A DNA stretch of 64,000 nt from a bacterium (GTDB lineage: Bacteria; SZUA-182; DTGQ01; JAFGSM01), in NCBI GenBank assembly GCA_049472335.1, contig JBLIRO010000007.1:13244-77243 (forward strand), given 5' to 3'. Of this stretch, positions 38,516-48,302 are shown piece by piece (position 1 is the first letter of the stretch; each line of letters begins with the position of its first letter). The translations under genes and the position numbers were made by a program. The notes below the pieces were generated by a model. That model did no database searches. It was not told where the DNA came from and saw only the letters and a list, made by a program, of their open reading frames with translations.

Positions 38516-39162
38516 CTCTTCCCCCTTACCGGCTCATGATGAAGGCCTATCCTTTCTTCCAGTATATCCAAAAGTTCCATGGATGTACTCTCCATTTCCA
38601 GGATATAGGCATTGGCCTTTTTAAGAAAGTAGTTGTGAACCACCAGAGTCGGTATGGCTACAACCAAGCCTGCTGCCGTAGTAATCAATGCCTCTGAGAT
38701 TCCTGCCGCCAAAGCTGTCGGATGCCCGACACCCTGAATGGATATGACCTGGAAAACCTTTATCATACCCGTGACTGTACCCAAAAGTCCTAATAATGGG
38801 GAGATAATGGCAATAGTGGACAAAACAGCCAGATAACGGTATAGTTTGTCAGATTCCTTTTTACCCGCATGTTCAATAGCCTCTTTGATCTGTTCTCTTG
38901 GTTGTTCCCTTTTTAAAATCCCCGCTTCCATGATCTTCGCTATAGGCCAGATATTATGAGAACAGATGGCAATCGCCTCTTGCACCTTACCTTCATTCAA
39001 GACTTTTTTCATCTTTCCGACAAACTCCGGAGGGTGAATTCTGCTCCCCCTCAAGAAATAAAATCTTTCCAGAGTAATAGCCAATGCGATCACGGAGCAG
39101 AATAAAATGGGTATCATTATTATCCCGCCCTTGATAATATAATCTATCATGTTTTCCCCCAA
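38512..39162 (-). CDS. exbB: MotA/TolQ/ExbB proton channel protein
   Basis: 216 aa; LGLLGTVTGMI...ALITTAAGL is typical. Confidence 0.85.
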   Translation of the reverse strand: MGENMIDYIIKGGIIMIPILFCSVIALAITLERFYFLRGSRIHPPEFVGKMKKVLNEGKVQEAIAICSHNIWPIAKIMEAGILKREQPREQIKEAIEHAGKKESDKLYRYLAVLSTIAIISPLLGLLGTVTGMIKVFQVISIQGVGHPTALAAGISEALITTAAGLVVAIPTLVVHNYFLKKANAYILEMESTSMELLDILEERIGLHHEPVRGKR

Positions 39163-39292
39163 TCCTTATTTAATTTTAATATGTTTCTGTTTCATTAAAA
39201 TATATTTCATCATATCACGCATTCTAAGCTTCAAAATTTAATTTTAATATGTTTTCCCATCCATCAGACTTATCATTACTTCATTAATCTAA

Positions 39293-42200
39293 TCACTTCT
39301 TTAATCCCTCGACTCTCTTTCCTGCCTGTCTTGCCCAGGTCCCGTCTTCCGTATCAAATTTGATTGCCTGATTATATGCAGTAAGGGCATCTTGATTCTT
39401 TTTCTGCATTTCATAGACCTGGCCTATACGATAATAAACCTTAGCCTTCCACTCATCCTTTTCCTGGTAAAGATATATTATCTTCATCAACTCAAGGATA
39501 GCATTATCATAATCTTCAAGGTGGATATATGTCTCGGCCAGATCATAAATGGACTTGAGCCGCAGGTCTTTATCCTCGGCCCGCATAGATGATTCAAAAT
39601 GATCCTTGCTTTTTTTATAATCCCCCGACTCATAGTAAATTCTGCCAAGGGCATAATTTGCCTTTTCCGAAAGGTGGCTTTCCGGAAACTGAGCAAGTAC
39701 TTGTTCATATATCTCTTTTGCCTTCCTGTACTCTCCTGTTTCATTGTAGATATTACCCTTTGCAAACAATGCCTCAGATGTCTTTCCATTATCATCTGTC
39801 AGGGTTAGAACCTGATCAAGGTACTCAAGTGCCTTTTCATTTTCTCCGTGTGACGCGTATAAACTCCCCAGGTTTAGACACGCATCGGCCTTCAGTTCGG
39901 TATCGGAATATCTAAAAAGGATGGTCTTCAGGGTCCCAACCGCCATCTTATAATCTCCTATTTCACTGTAAATCTGAGCCATTTTCTTAAGGGATCTTGC
40001 TGACCATTTGCCTTCAGGGAAGTAATCTACCAGGCGCTGATACACTAGAATCGCTTTTGGCCAATCCCGACGGGCCTGATAGGTGGATCCCAAACGAAAT
40101 TGGATTGTCTCCGAAAGAGGGTCCTGTCGATATCTTTCCCAGAATTCTTCCGCGTTTTTTATATAACCGTCCATATCACCTGTTTGATCAAGGCTCAAAA
40201 TGATACCGTATTTTGCTTCTTTTACCAAATCGGACCCGGGATATTTATCTATTAGTCTCTGGTAGTTCTGAATCGCCCTTTTATACGTTCCCATATTATA
40301 AAAACAATCTCCGATCTTAAGCATTGCCTGGGGGACAAATGTGGTATCCTGGTAAATACGGATTATATTACTAAATTCATTGAGCGCTTCTTCATATTTA
40401 CCCATCATAAAATAAATCCAGCCCGCCCTGTATCTGGCCTCGGCCCCTAAGGGGCTATCCGGATATTCGGATACGAGTCTTCTAATATATGCTAAAGCCT
40501 TGTCTCGATCATTTAGCCTTAACATTACAAGGGCCTGTCTGTAGTAAATCTTATCCTTAAATTCAATATTTGGATATTCTTTTATTATCCTCTGCAGAGT
40601 CTTTTGCGAAGCCTTATAAGATCCAAGATTATAAAAACATTCAGCCAATCGAAACATGCCTTCCGGCCTCTTCTCCCCCTTTGGATAATCTCTTATAAGT
40701 CTTTGAAACTCATCTTTTGCCCTGGGCCAATCTTCCTGTGTATAGTATGACCAGGCTATACCAAATCTGGCAAGTTCCGCCAGTTCGCTCTCCGGGAACT
40801 TAAAAACTTTATTGTAATATTCTATGGCCCCTGAAAAATCCTTTTCTTCAAAACGGGTATTTCCAAGCCAATAGTAAATCTGATCTTGAATCTCTGAATT
40901 TGGGAATAACTCCAGATGGGTTGTAAATGCCTTACCGGCAGGACCATACTCTTTCTGCAAATAATATGATTGTCCAAGCCTGAAAAGCGCCAACTGTGAA
41001 AGCTCAGGCATCTCAACATACTCAGCTACATCTCTGTAATATGAGACAGCATCAGCAAAAATCTTCAGATTATAAAGTCCTTCCCCAATCATAAATATAC
41101 CTGCTTCTTTCATCTCCCCTTCCGGATATTTTTGTGTCATTTCAAGCCAAATGCGTATAGCCTGTTTATATTCCGAACTATGGAAATAGGACCAGCCTAA
41201 CCTGAAAATTGCCTTTTCCGCTAAGGGATGCCCAGGGAAACGATCTGCTATTCTCATAAACATATCGGATGCCCCTATATAGTCCTTAAGAGAAAATAAA
41301 CTCTTTCCCTCTAGATAATATACATTTGCTATTAAGGGACTTTCGGGGAAACGTTTATCGAAATCGGATAATAGATCTAATACATCCTCATATGATCCCT
41401 GAATATAATGAATCCAGGACAAACCATAAATGGCTGAAGGCTCCCTGGGATGCTCAGGGAATTTTTTTAAAAACCACTCGTAGGCCGATCTTGCCTCTTT
41501 TATCTCCTCAGCCTGAAAAAGGGCTTCGGCCTTCCAAAACCCTGCCTCAGAAACGAGAGCGCTCATGGGATAATTATGGAGGAAAAGATCATATTCATCA
41601 GCAGCCTCTTTGAACCGGCTGACTTTGTAAAGAGAGTTTCCTAATAAATATTGGGTTTTTTCCCGGAGAGGGCTTTTATAATAACTGGAAAGAAGGGTCC
41701 TAAAAAGTTGTATTGCCTCTTCTTCTTCACCCCTCTGATCCATTATCCATCCAAGAGAATAAAATGCATAATCCGCGAACCTCGATCTCGGTGAATGTTC
41801 AATTATATAACGGTAATAGAATGCCCCTATATCCAGATCACCCGCCTGGAATGCAGATTCTGCCGCCCAGTAATATGCCTGCCCAAGATAAGACGAATCC
41901 GGATATCGGCTACCTAGTTCGAGAAAAAGATTGAATGCCTCTTTGTATTGTCCCTGTTGATATTTAAACCTGCCAAGATCGTAATAGCCCTTGTCTCCAA
42001 GTATGGTCTTAGAAAACAGCTTTTCTATGGGAGAACCAAAAATGCAGCATGAGGAAGGTGAGTCATACGGAGCGACCTTGCTTCCTTCCAGGCCGGAGGG
42101 CAATTCATCCTGTTTTACCAAATCCTCTGGTATGTCCTTTATCCCTGTTACTCTCTCGGGGGGAAGGGCCTCCTTTCGTTCCTCCTTCAACTTCAGGGCT

Positions 42201-42346
42201 GACCGGCCCACAGCGATTATTTCCGGTAATTGGAGTATCTCTGCTGCCAGGGCATTTTTATAGGCCGAACAAAAGGGAAAAAGGGATATGGAGATAAATA
42301 AAACAGCAAATACCATTTTAAAAAAACGGATGAGGCATCTACTCAT
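39293..42346 (-). CDS. large secreted TPR-repeat protein (YbgF-like repeats)
   Basis: 1017 aa with a signal peptide and many degenerate 34-38-aa A..Y..G..y...g.y..A repeats. Confidence 0.8.
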   Translation of the reverse strand: MSRCLIRFFKMVFAVLFISISLFPFCSAYKNALAAEILQLPEIIAVGRSALKLKEERKEALPPERVTGIKDIPEDLVKQDELPSGLEGSKVAPYDSPSSCCIFGSPIEKLFSKTILGDKGYYDLGRFKYQQGQYKEAFNLFLELGSRYPDSSYLGQAYYWAAESAFQAGDLDIGAFYYRYIIEHSPRSRFADYAFYSLGWIMDQRGEEEEAIQLFRTLLSSYYKSPLREKTQYLLGNSLYKVSRFKEAADEYDLFLHNYPMSALVSEAGFWKAEALFQAEEIKEARSAYEWFLKKFPEHPREPSAIYGLSWIHYIQGSYEDVLDLLSDFDKRFPESPLIANVYYLEGKSLFSLKDYIGASDMFMRIADRFPGHPLAEKAIFRLGWSYFHSSEYKQAIRIWLEMTQKYPEGEMKEAGIFMIGEGLYNLKIFADAVSYYRDVAEYVEMPELSQLALFRLGQSYYLQKEYGPAGKAFTTHLELFPNSEIQDQIYYWLGNTRFEEKDFSGAIEYYNKVFKFPESELAELARFGIAWSYYTQEDWPRAKDEFQRLIRDYPKGEKRPEGMFRLAECFYNLGSYKASQKTLQRIIKEYPNIEFKDKIYYRQALVMLRLNDRDKALAYIRRLVSEYPDSPLGAEARYRAGWIYFMMGKYEEALNEFSNIIRIYQDTTFVPQAMLKIGDCFYNMGTYKRAIQNYQRLIDKYPGSDLVKEAKYGIILSLDQTGDMDGYIKNAEEFWERYRQDPLSETIQFRLGSTYQARRDWPKAILVYQRLVDYFPEGKWSARSLKKMAQIYSEIGDYKMAVGTLKTILFRYSDTELKADACLNLGSLYASHGENEKALEYLDQVLTLTDDNGKTSEALFAKGNIYNETGEYRKAKEIYEQVLAQFPESHLSEKANYALGRIYYESGDYKKSKDHFESSMRAEDKDLRLKSIYDLAETYIHLEDYDNAILELMKIIYLYQEKDEWKAKVYYRIGQVYEMQKKNQDALTAYNQAIKFDTEDGTWARQAGKRVEGLKK

Positions 42347-43949
42347 TTATTTTCTCCTTGTCTTTAATTCTTCCCATTTCATTAATTCTCTCCCCCTTTT
42401 TTCTTACATCTTTTATATTCCTAATGGCCATTATGCGCTCCTGAGCCGCCTGTGACAAATCCTTTGTCCCGCCTTTCATTTCTGTTACTTGATTATAAAA
42501 ACGAAGCGCGAGATCCTCCTCTCCTTTCTGCTCATATATATTTCCAAGGCGAAACCTGGCCATTTGTATCCATAATAACTGATCAGGAGCGGAAAATACG
42601 AGCGAATTATATTCATGAAGTGCCTTTTCATGTTCACCTGACGAAAAAAGAGACTCAGCCAGCCTATATGATGCTTCAGCAGCAAGAGATGAATTTTTTG
42701 TTTTTCTCGCCTTTGAGTAGAACTCAATTGCTTCTTTTAATTGCCCTTCCTGATAATAAATATTTCCAAGATAAAAAGATGCCATTGATAACTTTTCAAG
42801 GTCTGAAAAAAGTTTAATACCTTTTTGTAGATATTGCTTAGCCGGCTCCGTCTTGTTCATTTTGGAATAACCAAGACCTATCTGGAGAACAACTTCAGGG
42901 ATTAAGGATTGATCAGGATATCTCTTTTCAATGATCGTGAAAGTATCAACACCCTCCTTATATCTCTTCTGTTTAAAAAAGATTTGGCCGAGTTGAAAAA
43001 GGACCTGTGGGATTTTGGAATCGTTTTTTGGGGCTTTATTGAGAAACGCCTGAAAGATTCCGATAGCGTCTCTATCCCTTCCTAAATAAGATAAAGCCAG
43101 TCCCTTTTTTAATACTATCTTATCCTGATCTTCGGGGTTATCCCTGACATAGGCTGAGTAATGCGTGAGCGCGCCCTTATAATCTTTCTGCTCAAAAAGG
43201 GCATCTCCTAAACCAAGATGAATCTGAGAAATAAGTCCTTCGGATAAATTCTTATTCAAAAGCTCTTCGAACTGCTTTACTGCTTCATCATAACGGCCAA
43301 GCTCTATTAGGCACCATCCCGCACCATAAAGGGCCTGAGGAATGTATTTATCCCTGTTTGAATCTCCGGCATAGGTGTTATAAGCGGTTAGAGCCTCGGA
43401 ATATCTCTTCAGATGATAGAGGGATTCGGCTATCCAAAATCTGGCCTCAGGGGCAAAATCCGATGAAGGCGCCTCCTCAATCAACCTTCTGTAACCTGAA
43501 ATAGCGGAAGAAAAATCCTGTTGTCTGAACATCACCCCGGAAAGCCGAAAGAGTGTTATATGGGTCAATTTATGACCGGGAAACAGATCCAGAACCTTTT
43601 TATATGCTTTTTCCGCCAGGGAGTTCTTGTTCTGGATACGGCAAGCCTCCCCTATCCGAAACCAAGCGAAGGGCACTTTTTTACTATCGGGATAAAGCTC
43701 TAAGAATTTTTGAAATTGATCTACAGCAAGGTCCAGGAATCCATTATTGTATGCTCCGAGAGCTACCGTATAAAGACTGTCTTCAGAAGTAATTTCAGCG
43801 AAAGATATATCAGGCCAAAACAGGTTGAACTCAAAGATCAGACTGCTAGAGACCAGTACTATAAAAAACAGAAAGATGTGCCTCTCCGGTTTCGGGGAAA
43901 AAGGACAAAATCCTCTTTTAAGATTATGTATACAAACCCTGTTTTCCAT
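42339..43949 (-). CDS. TPR-repeat protein
   Basis: 536 aa with a TM/signal segment and repeated TPR hairpins. It overlaps the downstream TPR gene by 8 bp. Confidence 0.8.
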   Translation of the reverse strand: MENRVCIHNLKRGFCPFSPKPERHIFLFFIVLVSSSLIFEFNLFWPDISFAEITSEDSLYTVALGAYNNGFLDLAVDQFQKFLELYPDSKKVPFAWFRIGEACRIQNKNSLAEKAYKKVLDLFPGHKLTHITLFRLSGVMFRQQDFSSAISGYRRLIEEAPSSDFAPEARFWIAESLYHLKRYSEALTAYNTYAGDSNRDKYIPQALYGAGWCLIELGRYDEAVKQFEELLNKNLSEGLISQIHLGLGDALFEQKDYKGALTHYSAYVRDNPEDQDKIVLKKGLALSYLGRDRDAIGIFQAFLNKAPKNDSKIPQVLFQLGQIFFKQKRYKEGVDTFTIIEKRYPDQSLIPEVVLQIGLGYSKMNKTEPAKQYLQKGIKLFSDLEKLSMASFYLGNIYYQEGQLKEAIEFYSKARKTKNSSLAAEASYRLAESLFSSGEHEKALHEYNSLVFSAPDQLLWIQMARFRLGNIYEQKGEEDLALRFYNQVTEMKGGTKDLSQAAQERIMAIRNIKDVRKKGERINEMGRIKDKEKINE

Positions 43950-44294
43950 AAACTGATTTTATCTCCGACTTTCTTCTTTTGCAAGGAGTCCTTTATTTCA
44001 GGCTGTCTTTTTTCATACGCGAAAGCTTATATTTCTATTTCAGCAATCACCTTACCTTATATACTAAATACTCCTTCAACTATTTTTGTGTGCTAATTGC
44101 CGTATGTCCTTTCATTTCATTGACTTTTAATGATAAGTATGCTAAAAATATAGACAATCCTTTTTTCATTGCAGAATTCTTATCTCTGAAAATCATTAAT
44201 AAAGGGCTTATTGATTTACACAATTCAGTTAAAAAACCAAAATGGGTTTCCGGATTTCTGATGCACAATCATAAATATAATGAGGATTATTTAT

Positions 44295-44798
44295 ATGCCT
44301 ATTTATGAATTTCTTTGCCTTGATTGCAACCGAATTTTTAGTTTTCTTTCCAAATCATTCAATGAGGACCGAATACCCAATTGCCCTAAATGCAAAGGGA
44401 AGAAGATGACAAAACAGATATCCCTGGTATCACCCTTTATCAGCAAAAGCTCAAAGCAACATCCTTCATCTCAAAGCGGTGATGAATCAGAGAGGCCCTA
44501 TGATCCTGCAGAAGAGGCCAGGATGGAAAAAGCTATGAAAGTGCTTGAAAAGGAAATGGCCGGGATGGATGAACAAAATCCGGACCCGCGTCAATTAGGC
44601 CGTTTAATGAGAAGAATGTCGGAAATTACCGGAGAGCCAATGCCGGAAGAAATGACAGAGGCGGTAAAGAGGCTCGAGGCCGGTGAGGATCCGGAAAAAA
44701 TCGAAGAAGAAATGGGTGATTTATTCGGTGAAGGCGAATATGGAAATGATGCCGGCTATGGTGGCCCTGTTAGAGATCCAGGACTATATGACTTTTAA
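44295..44798 (+). CDS. FmdB-family zinc-ribbon protein with an acidic tail
   Basis: MPIYEFLCLDCNRIF...CPKCKG (CxxC...CxxC). The start is taken at the MPIYEF Met. Confidence 0.75.
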   Translation: MPIYEFLCLDCNRIFSFLSKSFNEDRIPNCPKCKGKKMTKQISLVSPFISKSSKQHPSSQSGDESERPYDPAEEARMEKAMKVLEKEMAGMDEQNPDPRQLGRLMRRMSEITGEPMPEEMTEAVKRLEAGEDPEKIEEEMGDLFGEGEYGNDAGYGGPVRDPGLYDF

Positions 44799-45087
44799 CC
44801 CAAATCTTGATGGATTCGTAAAAAAGTCGTTTCGTCGTCTCCGGGGGCCTTTTTTGAAAGCACAAAAGCTTGCTTCGCTGCGCTAAGGCCTTTAATAAAA
44901 TCAGTAAGGTCTTCTGATAACCGATAATCATGCTGATAAAAAAAGCCGCTACAAAACAATACGGTTATCCCTAATTATTAAGTAACGGCCTTTCTAATTC
45001 TGATTAATTATATAAATATTTCACCAGATAATTCTTATAGTGAAAATCTCTATTCCTTAAAATAGATAAATTCTTAAAAAATTAATA

Positions 45088-45525
45088 CTATTTTACGACG
45101 ATTCTATCGTTTTGACTTCCGAATGAATTTGGAACTCTTTCAGAACTCTTTGGATCATCCCTCCATTCTCCATCCACCAAAAACCTGTAATCATATACAC
45201 CCGGTTTAAGCTGAAGGGAAGTAGTCCATTCACCTGAGTTGGATCTGGTAAGGGAGCATGAATTCGTATTCCAGTCATTGAAATCACCGGCTAGATTAAC
45301 CTGATTCGCATCCGGTGCATAATAAGAAAACTGTATTGATTTTGTTGCCGGTTTTGAAGGCGAAGTTGATAGCGGCTTTGCTTTTGGTTCCGGCGCCGGC
45401 TTAGCCATCGATTTCATTTTAGATCCATTCCCGGAATTCTTACAGGCGGCTTTGTTAGTTGTCTTGTTTACTGTCTTTTTTTGGTTAATAGAGGCTTTAG
45501 TAGAGGTTTTTCTTTTTGTAGCCAT
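45088..45525 (-). CDS. CBM48/glycogen-binding-domain protein with a Lys-rich N-terminus
   Basis: The C-terminal ~85 aa read VNLAGDFNDWN...GEWTTSLQLKPGVYDYRFLVDGEWRDDP, an AMPK-beta/isoamylase N-domain-like pattern. Confidence 0.7.
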   Translation of the reverse strand: MATKRKTSTKASINQKKTVNKTTNKAACKNSGNGSKMKSMAKPAPEPKAKPLSTSPSKPATKSIQFSYYAPDANQVNLAGDFNDWNTNSCSLTRSNSGEWTTSLQLKPGVYDYRFLVDGEWRDDPKSSERVPNSFGSQNDRIVVK

Positions 45526-46387
45526 CTTACCCCCCTTTATATAAGGTTTATCTAATCCAATTTACCTAACTTAAACAAAATTACTTATACCTTATCATAA
45601 CTTTTAGATCAAATAAAGTCCTCCTATCTGGTAATAGTAATTCCTATTTCTTGCTTAAATCCTTTCAAGCCGGACCTAAGTCAAAATAGTTAAAATCTGA
45701 AGCACTAAACTTTGATCCTTCTTAAATATAATCCATCGATAATTTATAAATAGGTATAATATTTCTTTATAAGTAGGTATAACACCTAAACTTTAAGATC
45801 TTGGATTATTTTGTTTATTCCAAATCACCATGCAAAATTAAATCTTAGTGCCTGCAAATCAGAATTAATAATAAACATATATAAAAATCATATAAAAAGC
45901 AAGCCATTAAATTCAATTAAAATTTTGTCAGACCAAAAATTTAAACCCGCAACTTTTATCTTATTAAAGCATAACTAACAGGTAGTTAAGCCTTTAAATT
46001 CTATTTCCATCAATCTATTCTTTCTTATCGGCCAAAATAAGAGGATAGCCTTACCATCTTCTACCGTAACTTTTTATATACTTAATATACAATTATCATA
46101 TAATAAAAATCAAGGCGCGGTAAATGTGCCCCCCCCGCTCCTATTTTAAAGGTGAAAAATTTATTTTTAAACTGGAAGGATTTTGCCAGAAATTATAAAA
46201 CAATATACACTATTCTGGCCTTGACTTGACCTTTTTAGTATATCATTTATTATATATTCAAGATACATTAAGGCAAATGTAAAAGTTTCTCTGAAAGCCA
46301 TGATTAGCAATATATACGAATGATAAATTTGGGCAACGTTTTTCAATATATATAAACGCTAACCTGATTTGCCAAAGGAAGATAGGA

Positions 46388-46735
46388 ATGCCTATTGACC
46401 AAAGATTGAGCACAAAAAAGATAACACCCGAGTTAATAAATTATATTGTTAAAAAAATCGTTCGGGAAATTAAACCGGAAAAAATAATTCTGTTTGGTTC
46501 ATATGCCAGAGGTGATTTTAATCAGGCTAGTGACCTTGATCTATTTATTATCAAAGATGATGAAGCATCAAGTCGAGTGATAAGACGGAAAATAGAAGCT
46601 TTGTTGCGGGGGCGAAAGTTTGCCATTGATCTTTTGGTGCGGAAATCCGAAGAAGTAGAATGGAACTTCAAAGCCGAGAATCCATTCTATTTATATCATA
46701 TTTTTAAACATGGGAAAGTGCTTTATGAAAAATAA
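46388..46735 (+). CDS. minimal nucleotidyltransferase (MNT antitoxin), second pair
   Basis: It contains LFGSYARGDFNQASDLDLFII. Confidence 0.85.
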   Translation: MPIDQRLSTKKITPELINYIVKKIVREIKPEKIILFGSYARGDFNQASDLDLFIIKDDEASSRVIRRKIEALLRGRKFAIDLLVRKSEEVEWNFKAENPFYLYHIFKHGKVLYEK

Positions 46736-47141
46736 TCCTGAGAAGGTGAAACTAATAAAAAATTGGCTTTCCTTTGTCAGGGAAAATCTTCTATTTGCCA
46801 AAGCAGGCATGAAGGAAGATTTTTCACCCTATCATACTGTATGTTTCATGTGTCAGGGAAGTGCGGAAAAGTACTTGAAGACGTTTTTTCTTTGGATGGG
46901 CTGGGAATTGAAAGAAACCCATGACTTGTCAGAACTACTGGATTTATGTATTGAGTATGATGATTCTTTTGAACATTTGTTTCCGGAATGCGAGATACTA
47001 AACGAATATATTACTGAAGGACGTTATCCTGGAGATCTGCCTTTTGAAAATATTAGCAAAAATGAGGCAAAGGAGGCAATCGAGGCAGCAGAAAAAATAG
47101 CAAATCATGTATTGAACAATATACGTCTCCCATCTGATTAG
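46725..47141 (+). CDS. HEPN domain protein (toxin), second pair
   Basis: The start is taken at MKNNPEK, overlapping the MNT stop. It shows the HEPN pattern ...AEKYLK...THDLSELL...GRYPGD...EAIEAAEKI. Confidence 0.8.
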   Translation: MKNNPEKVKLIKNWLSFVRENLLFAKAGMKEDFSPYHTVCFMCQGSAEKYLKTFFLWMGWELKETHDLSELLDLCIEYDDSFEHLFPECEILNEYITEGRYPGDLPFENISKNEAKEAIEAAEKIANHVLNNIRLPSD

Positions 47142-47181
47142 TTTAATTACATAGCCAAAACTATTTCTTTCACCTTAACAT

Positions 47182-47376
47182 TTAGCTAAGATCTTTCAAT
47201 CTCCTCTGTAATTCCTCTGTAGACAGCTTTTCGAGCTCTTCTTTAGCTGATACCGGCATACCCCTTTTCAATTGGGCCATTCTGATATCACCTATTAATT
47301 CACCCTTTATTAGCCCTTCAGCTCTGCCCTCAACTCTACCTTCAGCTATCCCTTCGGCTATCTCTTTTTTTATTAA
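47182..47376 (-). pseudogene. 3' remnant resembling the C-terminal (DUF4351-like) end of an Rpn/YhgA-type PD-(D/E)XK putative transposase
   Basis: My own translation gives LIKKEIAEGIAEGRVEGRAEGLIKGELIGDIRMAQLKRGMPVSAKEELEKLSTEELQRRLKDLS*. The frame is closed by a TGA immediately upstream, so only ~64 codons remain. Confidence 0.35.
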
Positions 47377-47620
47377 TCACCGATTTTCGCGTCAACAAAA
47401 AAGCATCAAAAGCTTTTAGGTATTTTGAATAAATATCAAACAATATCAATATATTACAAAATTTCTATCTTATATACAATGACGTTTAAAATGTTTATTC
47501 AATAAGCAGTAAAACAGACAATAAATCTGGCTACTTAATTAAAGAGTAAAGAGCCTAGGTGAGGCTCTTCTTCAAAATTAAAATATGAAAATACATAAAG
47601 GCAAATATTGGGTTCTTTTT

Positions 47621-47636
47621 TGTGATAAATATCACA
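47621..47636. promoter_or_regulatory. perfect CRP/FNR-type palindrome TGTGA-N6-TCACA
   Basis: TGTGATAAATATCACA in an intergenic region, with a TATAAT hexamer about 10 nt downstream on the + strand. No obvious target gene. Confidence 0.3.
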
Positions 47637-47837
47637 TTATTAACCCATATAATGTGACATTTTACCATTTTAACAAACGTTAAAAAGACAAATTATTCTT
47701 ATAATTTGAATCCTGCATAATTTTTCACTTTAATTCACCTGGAAATTTATAAAGTTTGTGGGGACTGATTACTGATTTATGTTAGATTATATCAGGAAAT
47801 ATAGGAATCCTTAATTTATTGTTTTAATGAAGAAAAA

Positions 47838-47912
47838 TGGTGGAGGACAGGGGATTTGAACCCCTGACTTCTGCCTTGCGAAGGCAGCGCTCTCCCACTG
47901 AGCTAGTCCCCC
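47838..47912 (-). tRNA. tRNA-Ala (anticodon CGC), CCA encoded
   Basis: The reverse complement GGGGGACTAGCTCAGTGGGAGAGCGCTGCCTTCGCAAGGCAGAAGTCAGGGGTTCAAATCCCCTGTCCTCCACCA folds as a cloverleaf by hand. It has a 7-bp acceptor stem with the G3:U70 Ala identity pair, the anticodon loop TTCGCAA and a GGTTCAAAT T-loop. Confidence 0.9.
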
Positions 47913-48302
47913 TTTTAATCCTTTGTTTTTCAAAAATATTAAATGTGTTTGATGATAATTAATATCATGTATTTTTATATTCGTCAATGGATATTCAGAT
48001 AAAAACATATTAAAGTCAGGGGTATAAAAGGCTAAATAAAAATCTTAAGGCTTAATATATTTACAAGTATTTACAAGATCTATAGCTCATATCTATGACA
48101 AGTAATCATTTGGGAGCAATTGAACTGGATACAGCAACTGAATGCAGCTTTTAATAAATACCTTAATATGGTAGAATTCTATCAGAAATATGAATTTTAA
48201 TAGCTTTACAGTTGCCTGTAAGAGCTTAAGCAGGATAAAAGTTTTATCCACTTTTTGTATTTATTTTTAAGAAATTACAAATGCATAGGTATTGTAGATA
48301 GC

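Noticed and set aside
39293-43949. The two large TPR proteins plus exbB/exbD/tonB-like genes considered as a novel system
   Set aside because: To my knowledge, TPR/YbgF-like proteins encoded next to ExbB/ExbD/TonB or Tol-type motors are a common, conserved envelope arrangement in diderm bacteria. Nothing here looks atypical.
44800-47837. Search for an att-type direct repeat of the tRNA-Ala 3' end to delimit an integrated island
   Set aside because: The only near match is a weak ~10-nt one (ATTTGAATCC near 47703). That is not sufficient to call an att site.
47811-48008. 65-aa minus-strand ORF overlapping the tRNA
   Set aside because: The sequence is explained by tRNA-Ala(CGC). The remainder is AT-rich with no start context.
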